A DNA stretch of 64,000 nucleotides from Nitrospirota bacterium (lineage in GTDB: Bacteria; Nitrospirota; UBA9217). The translations under genes and the position numbers were made by a program. Position 1 is the stretch's first letter. Each line of letters starts with the position of its first letter. This document shows positions 31,355-41,010 of this stretch, piece by piece. The notes beneath the pieces were generated by a model. The model saw only the letters and a program-made list of their open reading frames with translations. It had not been told where the DNA came from and made no database searches. The stretch is from the NCBI GenBank assembly GCA_963840455.1, contig CAWIYV010000010.1, forward strand, positions 96,001-160,000, read 5' to 3'.

Positions 31355-31511
31355 GAGATCGATCAGCACATCGAAAAGGCTCTACCAATACGGCAGGCAG
31401 ACGATGGACCAGCAGCTCATTCAGCTTTGCAGAGACGAACCCATAACGCTCGATGAGGCAAAGCGCATCACCCGCTCAAAAGACCTTGAGCGAAAACTGA
31501 TATTCAGTTAA
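31355..31511 (+). pseudogene. PilT/PilU ATPase C-terminal fragment
   Basis: QYGRQTMDQQLIQL..ITLDEA resembles the PilT tail GMQTxDQxL..L...I..EEA. Confidence 0.55.
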
Positions 31512-31527
31512 GACGCGAAAAATAGAC

Positions 31528-31622
31528 TGAATAAGAGCGAGCGCATTCCCCGTAGCTTGGCTACGGGATTAGCGAGCGATTAGAATAACAATAACTTCCT
31601 TGCGGATCGAAGACTCCCTCAG
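31528..31622 (-). mobile_element. Palindromic element, locus B (reverse orientation, truncated)
   Basis: Reverse complement contains CTTCGATCC..AAGG..TTATTCTAATCGCTCGCTAA..GGGAATGCGCTCGCTC. Confidence 0.75.
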
Positions 31623-31625
31623 TCA

Positions 31626-32762
31626 TCATCTCGAGCCCGGTCCCGGACCGCCTCTTCTTTCGTGATGGCCGGAGGGGCACCGCCAGATCTTTTCGCCCGG
31701 GTACCAGATCATTTTCTTATAACAGACCGGGCAGGACTTCTTGTTGGCACCTGACTGGCCACCGGACCGTGATGGGCCCTTTTTCGATCCCGCGGGCTCG
31801 TTTACCATGGATGCCGGTTCGATAGAGGACGAGGCGGCCTCGTCGGTCAACCCCGGAGTCTCGGCGGGTGTCGGTGCGTCCATCGGTTCGCTCTTCTGTT
31901 CGCTCGTACCCTGGACCGCACCCGTAGATGGTTCTTCATGTCCGCAGGTAAAGCACTGCCAGATGTTCTCAAGCTCGAGCAGGTGGAACGGCCCCCCGCA
32001 CTGAGGGCATTTTCTCTGGAATTTCGAGTCCACCGGCACAGGCTCCGCCTTGATCTCGACCTTCTGCTCGCCGCCCTCCTTCTGCTTGCCGGGGGCGTCG
32101 CTTTTCACGGGAACCTTCTGAGGGCTCGTCTCCTCGGCACGCGGATTTGGCTGCTGTGCAGGCAGGGTCTGCGGTGCGGCAGTCGAGCCCGGTTGCACGG
32201 CCGAAGCTTCCGCGGGAAGCTCCTCCACCTTCTTATTGAGAGCTGCTATCTCCGCCCCAATGTTCGCAAAGAGCTCCTTCACGGTCTTCTCGACGAGCGC
32301 CAGGTACTTTCCTCGCACCGCAATGCCGGCCTGTATCAACTGTTCTTCGCTCTCGAGCTGCGCTATCCGCGCACGCAGGTTCGCCATCTCGCCTTTCAAC
32401 ATCTGAGACCTGGCTTCCATCGCCTGCAGCTCGCCGTCCCAGCCAGCGTGGGAGGGCATAAGGCCCTTCTCGAGGACCTTCAGCTCCTCAAACTGGCTGT
32501 TCATGGCATTGATGACCTCCTGCCGGCCCAACTTCGAGGTCGTGGACAATGCTTTGAGCGCGGCCTGATACCGCTGCTGCTCGTCAGGGATGATCGCGCG
32601 GAACGACTCCAGGAGCCCTTGGAATCTTCCGGACATGGTCTCTCCACTTTGGACCACTTTTCGTATCTCTTCGCCGACATTCCGGATCCTGAAGTAAAGA
32701 TCTTCGCCTTCAACCGGTCTTGCATAGAGTTCAGTAAAGATCTGGGAAAAGTTCTTGCTCAT
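31626..32762 (-). CDS. Coiled-coil protein with two C-terminal zinc ribbons
   Basis: Coiled coil, Pro-rich linker, CPQC..CFTC and CPVC..CPSGH. Confidence 0.72.
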   Translation of the reverse strand: MSKNFSQIFTELYARPVEGEDLYFRIRNVGEEIRKVVQSGETMSGRFQGLLESFRAIIPDEQQRYQAALKALSTTSKLGRQEVINAMNSQFEELKVLEKGLMPSHAGWDGELQAMEARSQMLKGEMANLRARIAQLESEEQLIQAGIAVRGKYLALVEKTVKELFANIGAEIAALNKKVEELPAEASAVQPGSTAAPQTLPAQQPNPRAEETSPQKVPVKSDAPGKQKEGGEQKVEIKAEPVPVDSKFQRKCPQCGGPFHLLELENIWQCFTCGHEEPSTGAVQGTSEQKSEPMDAPTPAETPGLTDEAASSSIEPASMVNEPAGSKKGPSRSGGQSGANKKSCPVCYKKMIWYPGEKIWRCPSGHHERRGGPGPGSR

Positions 32763-32917
32763 GCTGTTCTCCGCTTAGCTCCTTCATGCTCTCGTGCTTC
32801 AAACTCTGACTTTTTATATTATACACCCTCTCTGCCCGTTGAGAAAAGGGCATCTCCTGAAGGCGCTTGCGTGCCAGGCTCTCTTTATTGACGTTAAGAG
32901 AGCGCCTCATTGAGATA

Positions 32918-33078
32918 TTGAAGCTCCCTGCAGCATGCTGCAGGGAATCGCTCGCCCCTGGATTTAAGCTCCCTAAAGCAAAAGGCATGGAGCTTCGATC
33001 CTCAAGGAACTATTGTTATTCTAATCGCTCGCTAGCCCCACTGCAGGCTACGGGGAATGCGCTCGCTCCTGGATTCAA
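32918..33078 (+). mobile_element. Palindromic element, locus C (short unit plus full unit)
   Basis: TTGAAGCTCCC start, GGATTTAAGCTCC junction and GGATTCA end. Confidence 0.8.
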
Positions 33079-33677
33079 CTCCATCGAGGGAGGTTCAGGC
33101 CGAACTGGAATACCCGGGCTCCAAAGGCTTCCCGCTGGTTTCGAGCGTACTATAACTTCGGCAAAATGGCAATCGAAGAAACAGAAAGGCCGGAGAGCAT
33201 CTTTCTCCGGCCTTTGACTTGACAGGTTAATCGCTTCGCAACGAGTGCAGCAACGGCTTATGTAATCCGCGAAAAGTTATGCAACATAGGAAACAACATC
33301 CCCAAGATGCCCTCCCCACAACAATTCTGATAACGCGGAGTAAAGAATTAAGGGCCTGATCCCAGAAATTTCCGAGTGACAGATTGGTAGATGAACAACT
33401 TTCCAGTTTTCCGGGTCTGCCCCTCTACTGTCTTGGACCCTCAGTTGTCTGGTATGATGATCCTCCATGCGGGAAGTAATAACCCTTTAGCAGTACTGTT
33501 ATTGATAAAACCTAGCCCCAACCGGTTCTAGTGCACTAAATGCATCAACGTCCCCTATGTTTCCCCGGCGAGTTTTCGCATGTCCTTACCTGCCCTTACA
33601 TCCGACGCTGCTGTACTATGCAGCGACCTCAACTGAATTATAGCAGGAAAGACCGGAGTGATATTCGCTCAGCCCCA

Positions 33678-33706
33678 TTGACAATTCTGCAGGCTGGTGT
33701 TAGCAT
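33678..33706 (+). promoter_or_regulatory. Sigma70 promoter
   Basis: TTGACA-N17-TAGCAT with extended TG, directly before the riboswitch. Confidence 0.65.
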
Positions 33707-33732
33707 ATAAATAAAGAGGGCTTATATTGTCC

Positions 33733-33826
33733 TCATTCATCCCGAAAAGCCAAACCGTCCCTAGTGACGGCGCGGAAAGTCGCGGATCTTGAAGCAAAGA
33801 TAGCCGGATTGCCGAAGGGTGAATGA
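33733..33826 (+). ncRNA. c-di-GMP-I (GEMM-I) riboswitch
   Basis: GAAAAGCCAAACC-P2-GCGGAAAG...GATAGCCGGATTGCCGAA; P1 formed by CATTCATCCC/GGGTGAATG. Confidence 0.72.
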
Positions 33827-33979
33827 CTTCGTGCCGCGGCTATTGCTGTTTCTGTCCCCAAGGCTCGGGCAGGAGCAAGGCGGAGCACGGTTTACGGTGG
33901 GACCACATCACGGCGATGGTGACGGAAGGCCGTGTGCCCCACAGGTACTCTCACTGTTTAGAAAGAAAGGAGAACTACC

Positions 33980-34528
33980 ATGGCAAAGCAGGAAGGCAAA
34001 ATAGACATAGAGAAGATCATGGAGATCTACAAGAAGGTGGGAACTCCCGGCGAGCCTCATAAACTGCTGGCGAAGCTGGAGGGAAGCTGGACCACCAGGA
34101 CCAAGGGTTGGCTGGAAGGCAAGCCGGCCATGGAATCGATTGGCACCTGCGAACAGAAGCTGGTCCTTGACGGGCATTATCTGCAGCAGGTCTATACCGG
34201 CGATATGATGGGACAGCCCTTCAGCGGCATCAACCTCCTGGGGTACAACAACCATACGAAGAAGTATGAGTCGGTCTGGCTCGATTCGATGAGCACCGCC
34301 ATTTACTTTTTCGTTGGCCCTGCAAGCTCGGATGGCAGGACCATTACCCAGGAATGCAGCTATGACGATCCTGTCAGAGGCCCCAGCGTCTGGCGCAGCG
34401 TGACCAGGATCAAGGATGACAAGACCCTGGAGTTTGAGATGTTCATTATTCCCAGGGGAGGAAAGGAAGAGAAGATGATGGAGATGACGGTTAGCCGGAA
34501 GGAAGTCGTCGCCCGCAAGGCAGCGTAG
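33980..34528 (+). CDS. DUF1579 domain protein
   Basis: PGEPHKLL..LEGSW, FSG...GYNN and WLDSM motifs. Confidence 0.85.
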   Translation: MAKQEGKIDIEKIMEIYKKVGTPGEPHKLLAKLEGSWTTRTKGWLEGKPAMESIGTCEQKLVLDGHYLQQVYTGDMMGQPFSGINLLGYNNHTKKYESVWLDSMSTAIYFFVGPASSDGRTITQECSYDDPVRGPSVWRSVTRIKDDKTLEFEMFIIPRGGKEEKMMEMTVSRKEVVARKAA

Positions 34529-34569
34529 GGCGGACTGACAGCGTCCTGCGTCATGCGATGGAGGTCAGT

Positions 34570-34881
34570 ATGGCAACAGCAAAGAACATAAGCAAGAGCA
34601 TATGCGATGAGACCTATTCTGAGCTTGTAAATGTGAAAGACAAGATCGTTGCATTGCGCAGCCACCTTGTCCGTAACTATGCAGGCGAAGAGAAGATCCT
34701 GGGGGTCTACGAGCGTCACCTCTCTGAACTGGTCGACCAGATCGAGTGGAAACTTCAGATCATGTCCCATTCCTGCGCCTATGACTGGAAAGGCTCGAAT
34801 GAGTATGAAGAGAATTCCGTATCGGTCGGTCCGGCAGAAAAGGACGAGGAAGATTTCTCCCCTGGATACCTTGGCGGATAG
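34570..34881 (+). CDS. Conserved-looking hypothetical protein
   Basis: GGAGG RBS; IEWKLQIMxHSC and GYLGG end. Confidence 0.72.
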   Translation: MATAKNISKSICDETYSELVNVKDKIVALRSHLVRNYAGEEKILGVYERHLSELVDQIEWKLQIMSHSCAYDWKGSNEYEENSVSVGPAEKDEEDFSPGYLGG

Positions 34882-34898
34882 CGGGTGCTTCGCATCTG

Positions 34899-34963
34899 CA
34901 AAGGAAGAGAAGATGATGGAGATGGCGGTTAGCCGAAAGGAAGCCGCCGCTCGCAAGGCAGCA
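34899..34963 (+). repeat. ~65-bp direct repeat of the DUF1579 gene 3' end (34462-34525)
   Basis: AAAGGAAGAGAAGATGATGGAGATG..GTTAGCCG..AGGAAG..CGCAAGGCAGC in both places. Confidence 0.88.
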
Positions 34964-35059
34964 GAGGGTGCCTTATACCCTCTGGTTGCCCCCAGCAAAA
35001 TAAGGCCGGTGAGATTGTTCTCTCCGGCCTTTGATTTGTTTTTCGTGATTCGATATGGC

Positions 35060-35092
35060 TTGGTACATCCCGCAGCTCCTGCCACCGAACAT
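35060..35092 (-). repeat. Degenerate orphan groEL 3' tail (reads MFGGRSCGMYQ)
   Basis: Stop-equivalent lies exactly 30 nt from the hairpin at 35004-35029, as in groEL. Confidence 0.7.
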
Positions 35093-35362
35093 CAACGATG
35101 TACAACAAGTCAATAAGTCAGGCCCGATCCCAAAATGTCTCAACAGCGCCCCTTCTGGCGCCATAGCTACAGAATCAAGCCCGACCGTGCCCCCCACGCA
35201 GATATCATGGTATTATGACAGACCTCACTTGGTTAATTCACCTACTAATCACGCTAGGCCAGAACGACACTTCTCCCTAATCCCTTGATATCCGATGAAA
35301 TGTGGTTATGGCACGGCATATGCAAAAAACTAATCATAAAGTCGCAGAAGAAGGGGAAAAAT

Positions 35363-35566
35363 ATGAACAACGAGTTGATAGCACAAGAGAGGGAACAGGA
35401 GCGAGAGATCATGAGCATCCTGCTTAGCAGCTCACTCTATGGAGAGAGGTCGGCGGCTGAGCGAGAACAGTTGTTGCGCTATCTTGTTAACTCGTATAAC
35501 CAACCGCGATTAGGAGAGAATTGCCGGGCCCATCTCAGAGCGGTCCGATCCGCGTCAGGGTTGTGA
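35363..35566 (+). CDS. Small hypothetical protein, preceded by a sigma54-like site at 35309-35324
   Basis: AGGGG RBS; TGGCAC-GGCAT-ATGCA upstream. Confidence 0.55.
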   Translation: MNNELIAQEREQEREIMSILLSSSLYGERSAAEREQLLRYLVNSYNQPRLGENCRAHLRAVRSASGL

Positions 35567-36072
35567 TAGACGGCGAGATCAGGACCGGATTTGAGAAGCG
35601 AGCACATGCGAAGCGCTCTCACGTAATGACGGATAGCCTTGTGGACATACTGTCCATCAGTGCTCACGGGCCCGTGTTTCTTTCATGAATGCTTCCTGGA
35701 GTTGGTCGCAGGAGGGGAAGTGTCGAAGGCGACCGATGAGTGAACTGCTGACTACACCTAGGTAACCGCGGGCATCAAAACGGCCAACAAGTCAACGAAC
35801 CAATCCTGACTCTCTATCGTTCCAGACAAAGCGACGCACTTCAACAAGTCACAGTAATTCGTTAAATGCATCAACGTCCACTAGCAGTCCTGACTTTTTT
35901 CATTTTTCTCCCCCCTCGATCTTATGTTTAAGTACTCTTGTCCAAAATAGATTTTGGATTTATTGATTGAGGAAAAACCTCCAAGGGGGCAAATCGTTTT
36001 TGGCCAGCCAGATTCACACATGAGGAGGGTGGACTTGAGCCTCTTGGTTCTATCCGATGGGCACAGGATGAT

Positions 36073-36903
36073 TTAGAACCCCGCTGCCTTCATTTCCTCC
36101 TGCGTCCGCTCCCAGTAGGGTTTCTCGAAATAGAACTTCGCCTTCTTTTCATCGGCATACACGAAGTTGTGCCGGAAGTATCGATAAACCGCGTCTTGCA
36201 GCGTGGGATCATGGATGACGAATCTTTTCTCAGCCTTGTATTGGTCCAGGAGCTTCCGGTACGCGTCGATAGGCTCCCATCCTGCCTGCTGAAAGATGAT
36301 GCGGCCGCCAAATTCGCGAAAGAGCGCCTGGTTCACCTTCCACTGCTTCACCCACACGGCGGCTACCCGCTGCTCGGAGGCCTGCCACATCTTTTCACGG
36401 CCAGGCTCTTTCCGCTCCTGCTCTATCCGGGTATCGTGGTCGCGCAGGCTGTTCAGGGTATCGAGGTACTGCTGCGCCTGCTGGCGACGTGTCTCGGTGA
36501 TGCCCGGCGACCTGAGCTCGGCGATCAGCTCTTCCCGCTGCTTCTCGCGCCGGACCTTGTCCCTGGCCATGAACTTTTTCTGTTGCCTGATCTGCGAATC
36601 GATCTCCGCAGGCGTGGGCTCGATCTTCCGCTTCCGAGTGTAATCGCTAAAGACCGCTGACCATATCGTCGTCCGCAAGGCCTCTTCCCGCATGCGCTGT
36701 CGCCATGCCTGGTGATCGGCAGGCAAAAGCTTCGCTTTTTGCTCCACGTCCGCCTTCGGGGGAACGAGGTCATCTTCGTAGACGGCTTTGCCGAGAACGT
36801 CCGCAACGGGTTTACGTATGGCTGTATTGGCAGCAGAGAGGGTTGATGGTGTGAACCAGAGGGAGAAGGAAAGGAGAACGATAATGGAAGAATAAGATGG
36901 CAT
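36073..36903 (-). CDS. Exported helical protein, SurA-N-like
   Basis: Signal peptide; VAxVxGxxV and GGRIIFQQAG.EP motifs. Confidence 0.68.
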   Translation of the reverse strand: MPSYSSIIVLLSFSLWFTPSTLSAANTAIRKPVADVLGKAVYEDDLVPPKADVEQKAKLLPADHQAWRQRMREEALRTTIWSAVFSDYTRKRKIEPTPAEIDSQIRQQKKFMARDKVRREKQREELIAELRSPGITETRRQQAQQYLDTLNSLRDHDTRIEQERKEPGREKMWQASEQRVAAVWVKQWKVNQALFREFGGRIIFQQAGWEPIDAYRKLLDQYKAEKRFVIHDPTLQDAVYRYFRHNFVYADEKKAKFYFEKPYWERTQEEMKAAGF

Positions 36904-36956
36904 TGTGGTTTTCAGGAAATACTAGTAATAATGAGGTCTGACGTCCGGCCGCTCCC

Positions 36957-37565
36957 CTACGATGGTAGGAACCGGCGAGTCGTTTCCACATATGCCAAAC
37001 AGCGTTCGACACAGGCTTCCAGGCGCTCCCTGCCTGTATCAATGATAAGATGCTCTACGGCTATGGGATCGGCCTTTTCCTTCAGATCCGAATATAATGT
37101 GTAGGTCCTGTTGCCGGCCGGATGCGCGCCGATGAGCCGGGCGCTGTCAAGCCGATGTTCTGCAACGGCGTCATCACAGATGCATTCAACGATGACGGGT
37201 CTGCAATGCGAAGATTCGGCCCGCGAAAGGAGCTGATTTACCTGGTACGACCGGGTAAACGTTCTTCCATCGATAATAATGGTTCGCTCCGGATCCGTTT
37301 TCAGGACCTGTTCCGCTATAAGAAAGATGACCTCCATGCAGAGGTCATCCTGTTCGCGGGAATAATCGGTCGCCTCCCCGGGAAACAGCCTCGCGCGAAT
37401 GTCATCCTTGTTGAGCACCAGTGCATGCAGGCGTTTCGCGAGTTCTGCGGCAATGGTGCTCTTGCCGGTCCCGGGCAGTCCGGCCATGGCAAGCAGCAGC
37501 CGGGTGCAAACGGGGTCAGACGCGATGTTGTCGTTATTTCTTCCGTCCCGGATTAAAGGCGACAT
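36957..37565 (-). CDS. AAA_33-type P-loop kinase
   Basis: GLPGTGKST, D.IR..LF and IIIDG motifs. Confidence 0.85.
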   Translation of the reverse strand: MSPLIRDGRNNDNIASDPVCTRLLLAMAGLPGTGKSTIAAELAKRLHALVLNKDDIRARLFPGEATDYSREQDDLCMEVIFLIAEQVLKTDPERTIIIDGRTFTRSYQVNQLLSRAESSHCRPVIVECICDDAVAEHRLDSARLIGAHPAGNRTYTLYSDLKEKADPIAVEHLIIDTGRERLEACVERCLAYVETTRRFLPS

Positions 37566-37759
37566 TGACAGGATCCTGATGAACAGAGAATACTACCGCT
37601 GCCTCTCTGAGTCAATGGGGGAGCGGCTTGCGTAGAGGCGATACCCGTAGGCCTGAAGGGGTCGGGCCGATACAGTTTAGGGAATCATTGGGGTCACTTC
37701 TCGAACCTTGACATATTTGTCAATTATCAAGAAACGACCCCTTTACTTCTCTTTCTCGG

Positions 37760-38578
37760 TCAGAAATACCAGGTGAAGTTGACGTAGCTGGCCAGGTCGG
37801 TCAGATCGTACCGGTACCGCTCGTCCTCGTAGGATGGGCCCGCTGCGGTCACCGTGAGGCCCCAGTTACGGTACCGGGCCTCCAGCATGAGGCTGGCGGC
37901 GAATTTCAGGCCATAGTCTCCGTTCGAGATCGCGACCGGCGTTGTGTTCGCCGGATAATCCAGGATGATGGAACCGTCGTATTTGGCCGCACCCAGGCCT
38001 GCCCCGACGCCCAGCCGCACGTAGGCGCCCCGTCGACCATGTTCGCCTAACTGATAGAAGACCGTCGGTACAACATATGCGACCCTGCCCCGCACGCGGG
38101 TGCCGACGTCCTGGTACACGTTCTTCGCCACTTCCTGCTGGTCCATGTTGAAGGTGGTGTAATTGAACAGGAATGCGTAGCCGAAGCGGGTGCTGCGAAT
38201 GAACGACGGCCGGGTGCTGTAACTGATGAAGTAGGCCTCTTCGTCCCGCTGGGATATCTTGCCCGAAGCATTCGTGCTCTTGTCGGTGACGCGCAGGTCT
38301 GCCTGTCGCGTCCCGATCCCGACGGTCAGGCTCGCGCCGTTGTACAGGTAGTCCCATAGCCATTTCCAGAACGTGGTCGGACCGGACCGTTTCTCCGGCG
38401 CGACAGCCCCGGGTGTGGCGGATAACCCGGAACTGACCTGGGAAATAACGTGGCCCGCCTGACGGGGCTGTTCCGCACGAACGTGTCCGGAGCTCACGGT
38501 CAGGAGCGCAAGGACCGCGGCGCAGAGCATGCCGGATTGTATTCGCACGGACCATGCACGAGGAGTGCGGTAGATCAT
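37760..38578 (-). CDS. Putative outer-membrane beta-barrel protein
   Basis: Signal peptide, amphipathic strands and C-terminal aromatic residue (WYF). Confidence 0.68.
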   Translation of the reverse strand: MIYRTPRAWSVRIQSGMLCAAVLALLTVSSGHVRAEQPRQAGHVISQVSSGLSATPGAVAPEKRSGPTTFWKWLWDYLYNGASLTVGIGTRQADLRVTDKSTNASGKISQRDEEAYFISYSTRPSFIRSTRFGYAFLFNYTTFNMDQQEVAKNVYQDVGTRVRGRVAYVVPTVFYQLGEHGRRGAYVRLGVGAGLGAAKYDGSIILDYPANTTPVAISNGDYGLKFAASLMLEARYRNWGLTVTAAGPSYEDERYRYDLTDLASYVNFTWYF

Positions 38579-38740
38579 GACCGGAGGGTAGCAGGAGGGA
38601 GAAGGAATGTCAACGGGAAGCACTATCCCTCCCGGAGCACCCCATGAAGGTCATTAGAATTAAATGACAAGTTTGGAAACAAAAAGGCCGGAGAGACTTT
38701 CTCTCCGGCCTTCCAAATTCTTTCGTAACTAAACTGCTTC

Positions 38741-38797
38741 TTAGAACATCCCGTCGCCCATGCCGCCGGGCATTCCGCCCCCCTTCTCCTCGGGCAG
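38741..38797 (-). repeat. Orphan groEL 3' tail (reads [18 protein letters not shown]-stop)
   Basis: Matches the GroEL C-terminus [13 protein letters not shown]...GMY-stop; 30 nt from the hairpin at 38686-38710. Confidence 0.92.
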
Positions 38798-38909
38798 TAC
38801 CATACAGGGGGACGTTGTTGTTGATACTGCATAAGCGCGCCTAAGCGGCGCAACGCGTGCAAACAACGTCCCCGTCGTGCTCTCGGTGATCCTTGGCGAG
38901 ATTCGTCGG

Positions 38910-39233
38910 TCAATGGACGGAAATTACGCAGTTATTGGTTCCGAACGGATTGGGAACCAATTCCGAGCATTTCTGGTCCGACGCCCACGCCCCATCGACG
39001 AAGTACTTGTACTCGTACTTCCCTGGCGGCAATTTCAATTTGATCCTCCAGGTCCCGTCCTTCTCTTTTTTCATGGGCGTTGAACTCGTATCCCATGCAT
39101 TGAACTTTCCCGCGATGCAGACCGTCTTGGCTTCCGGCGCACGGCAGGTAAACTCTACCTCATGCGTGGCTTCGGTCATCTGCGGCCCGATGAGGGACCC
39201 GCTCCTCTTCTTGACAACGTCTAACACTGCCAT
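38910..39233 (-). CDS. Glycogen-binding (CBM48/AMPK-like) domain protein
   Basis: AG.FN.W, G.YEYKY.VDG.W and NPFG..N motifs. Confidence 0.88.
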   Translation of the reverse strand: MAVLDVVKKRSGSLIGPQMTEATHEVEFTCRAPEAKTVCIAGKFNAWDTSSTPMKKEKDGTWRIKLKLPPGKYEYKYFVDGAWASDQKCSELVPNPFGTNNCVISVH

Positions 39234-39267
39234 ATCAGTTACCTCCTGTTCGTGATTGTGAACTCCC

Positions 39268-40149
39268 CTACGCTGCCTTTGCCACCTTGCTCTTCCACTC
39301 CGTGGCGATCTCCTTGACGAAAGCGTCAAAGGTCCGGGGCTTGTGCTCAAGGAGCATCTGCGTCTTTTCGAGGTCTTCCTTGGAGGCGATCATCCCCTTC
39401 TCCTGGAAGAACTCGTACATAATGCGCATCTCGGGGACCATGAACTCCGGCATCAGGTTCTTCACCTTTTCTCCCCAGGCGTCCAGGTCGTCCCCGCTGT
39501 AGCGGACCTCCCGTCCCAGGTGCTTGGTGTAGACCCTGGCGGTCCCATCGCCGGTCAGGGTATCGGGTCCGTGAACCGCATACGTCTGGCTTTCGTAACC
39601 GGACCTCATGAGCGCGTTGACCGCACAGTCTGCGATGTCGCGCACATCGACCCGGTTCAGCCCCTTCCCGCCGATGGGCTGGGGATAGACGCTGTACTGC
39701 ATGATCGCGGACCGCAACCCCAGGTCGTTCTGGAAGAAGTTGTTCGGCCGCAGGATCGCGTAGGCGATCTTCGACTCCTTGATGGCCTTCTCCACCGGGA
39801 GCTTGCTCCGGAAGTGCGGTATCTTTTCCGATCCTTCGGGCATGAAGACCGACAGGTAGACGATCTTCTTGACCTTGGCCGCCTTTGCCGCGGAAACGGC
39901 AGCAAGCCCTTCATCGGTTTCGCTCAGTCCCACCGTGTTCAGCAGGAACAGGCTGTCGATGCCTTCGAATGCCTTGGGGAGCGTCTCGGGATCATCCAGG
40001 TCCGCCTTGTACCCTTCCACGCCCTTTGGCAGCTTCTTCAGTTTTTCCGGGGAATGGCTCATGACCCGGACCTTCACTCCCTCCTTCATCAGGCCGGCCA
40101 CCACCATGCTTCCGACCGTACCTGTTCCACCTATGACGAGTGTCTTCAT
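39268..40149 (-). CDS. NmrA-like atypical SDR
   Basis: GGTGTVG, LRPNNFFQN and VDVRDIA motifs. Confidence 0.9.
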   Translation of the reverse strand: MKTLVIGGTGTVGSMVVAGLMKEGVKVRVMSHSPEKLKKLPKGVEGYKADLDDPETLPKAFEGIDSLFLLNTVGLSETDEGLAAVSAAKAAKVKKIVYLSVFMPEGSEKIPHFRSKLPVEKAIKESKIAYAILRPNNFFQNDLGLRSAIMQYSVYPQPIGGKGLNRVDVRDIADCAVNALMRSGYESQTYAVHGPDTLTGDGTARVYTKHLGREVRYSGDDLDAWGEKVKNLMPEFMVPEMRIMYEFFQEKGMIASKEDLEKTQMLLEHKPRTFDAFVKEIATEWKSKVAKAA

Positions 40150-40656
40150 ACCGTACCTCCTGCCGCTGCTCACCGGAAGTCTTCATATTATGTGTTATGT
40201 AATCGAGTTGGACGAGAAGATGCTTACGTGAGGGGACTCTTTAAGTCTCGCACCGATTGGGCAGGAAGTCAATGGCGCCGCAAAATATAGTGTCTATTAG
40301 TACTACACTCATAGCGCTGACGAATGCGCTTGGGAAAAGGCAGCGGCTTCAGTTTTATGCTTTTTCGATCAGATCAATCCCTTTCGAACTTTCCAAGCGG
40401 GCGACCGAGCGAAGCGATCAGGACCTTTGACGCAGAAGAAGCGGATTTAAACGACTGATAAAGGCTGCAGGATCTTAGACACTGAGGACCTGAAGAATCT
40501 TGGAATAAAGAGAGGGACGTCAGGTCTTTTCATTCATAGCTTATGTCAGTGTCCACAGTGTCAAAACCGTTCAACGGCTTTGGGAACAGCATTTCCTACG
40601 TTGCTTTGCTAATGGTTCTTCAGAATCATAGCGGGGAAGACTTAATTATGGAGATA

Positions 40657-40815
40657 TTGAAGCTCCCTGAAGCAAGGTGCAGGGAATCTTCGATCCTCAA
40701 GGAAGTGCTATTTATTCTAATCGCTTGCTAATCCCCTGCACTCGCGGTTCCACTCGTAAACGCTGGGGGCAAGACCCCGCAGCAAGCTACGGGAATGCGC
40801 TCGCTCCTGGATTCA
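40657..40815 (+). mobile_element. Palindromic element, locus D
   Basis: Full unit with the ~42-bp internal module. Confidence 0.8.
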
Positions 40816-40920
40816 GTTACGCCGAGGAAGATTAAAGGGGAGATGGCAATCGAAGAAACAAAAAGGCCGGAGAGCTTGCTCTCTCCGGCCTTTGATTTGC
40901 TACTCGTGTTTCGGTACGAC

Positions 40921-40962
40921 TTGATACATCCCGCCGCCCAAGCCACCCATTCCGCCGGGCAT
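40921..40962 (-). repeat. Orphan groEL 3' tail (reads MPGGMGGLGGGMY, stop mutated TAA to CAA)
   Basis: 30 nt from the hairpin at 40865-40890. Confidence 0.88.
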
Positions 40963-41010
40963 CGTGAAAGGCCAACAAGTCAATAAGTCAAGCCTGGCCC
41001 CAAACTATCC

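Noticed and set aside
32862-32878. TGGCAC sigma54-like site on the minus strand
   Set aside because: The -12 GC is not at the required spacing
40330-40500. Possible nucleotidyltransferase gene shard
   Set aside because: Similarity is too short and frame-broken to support by eye
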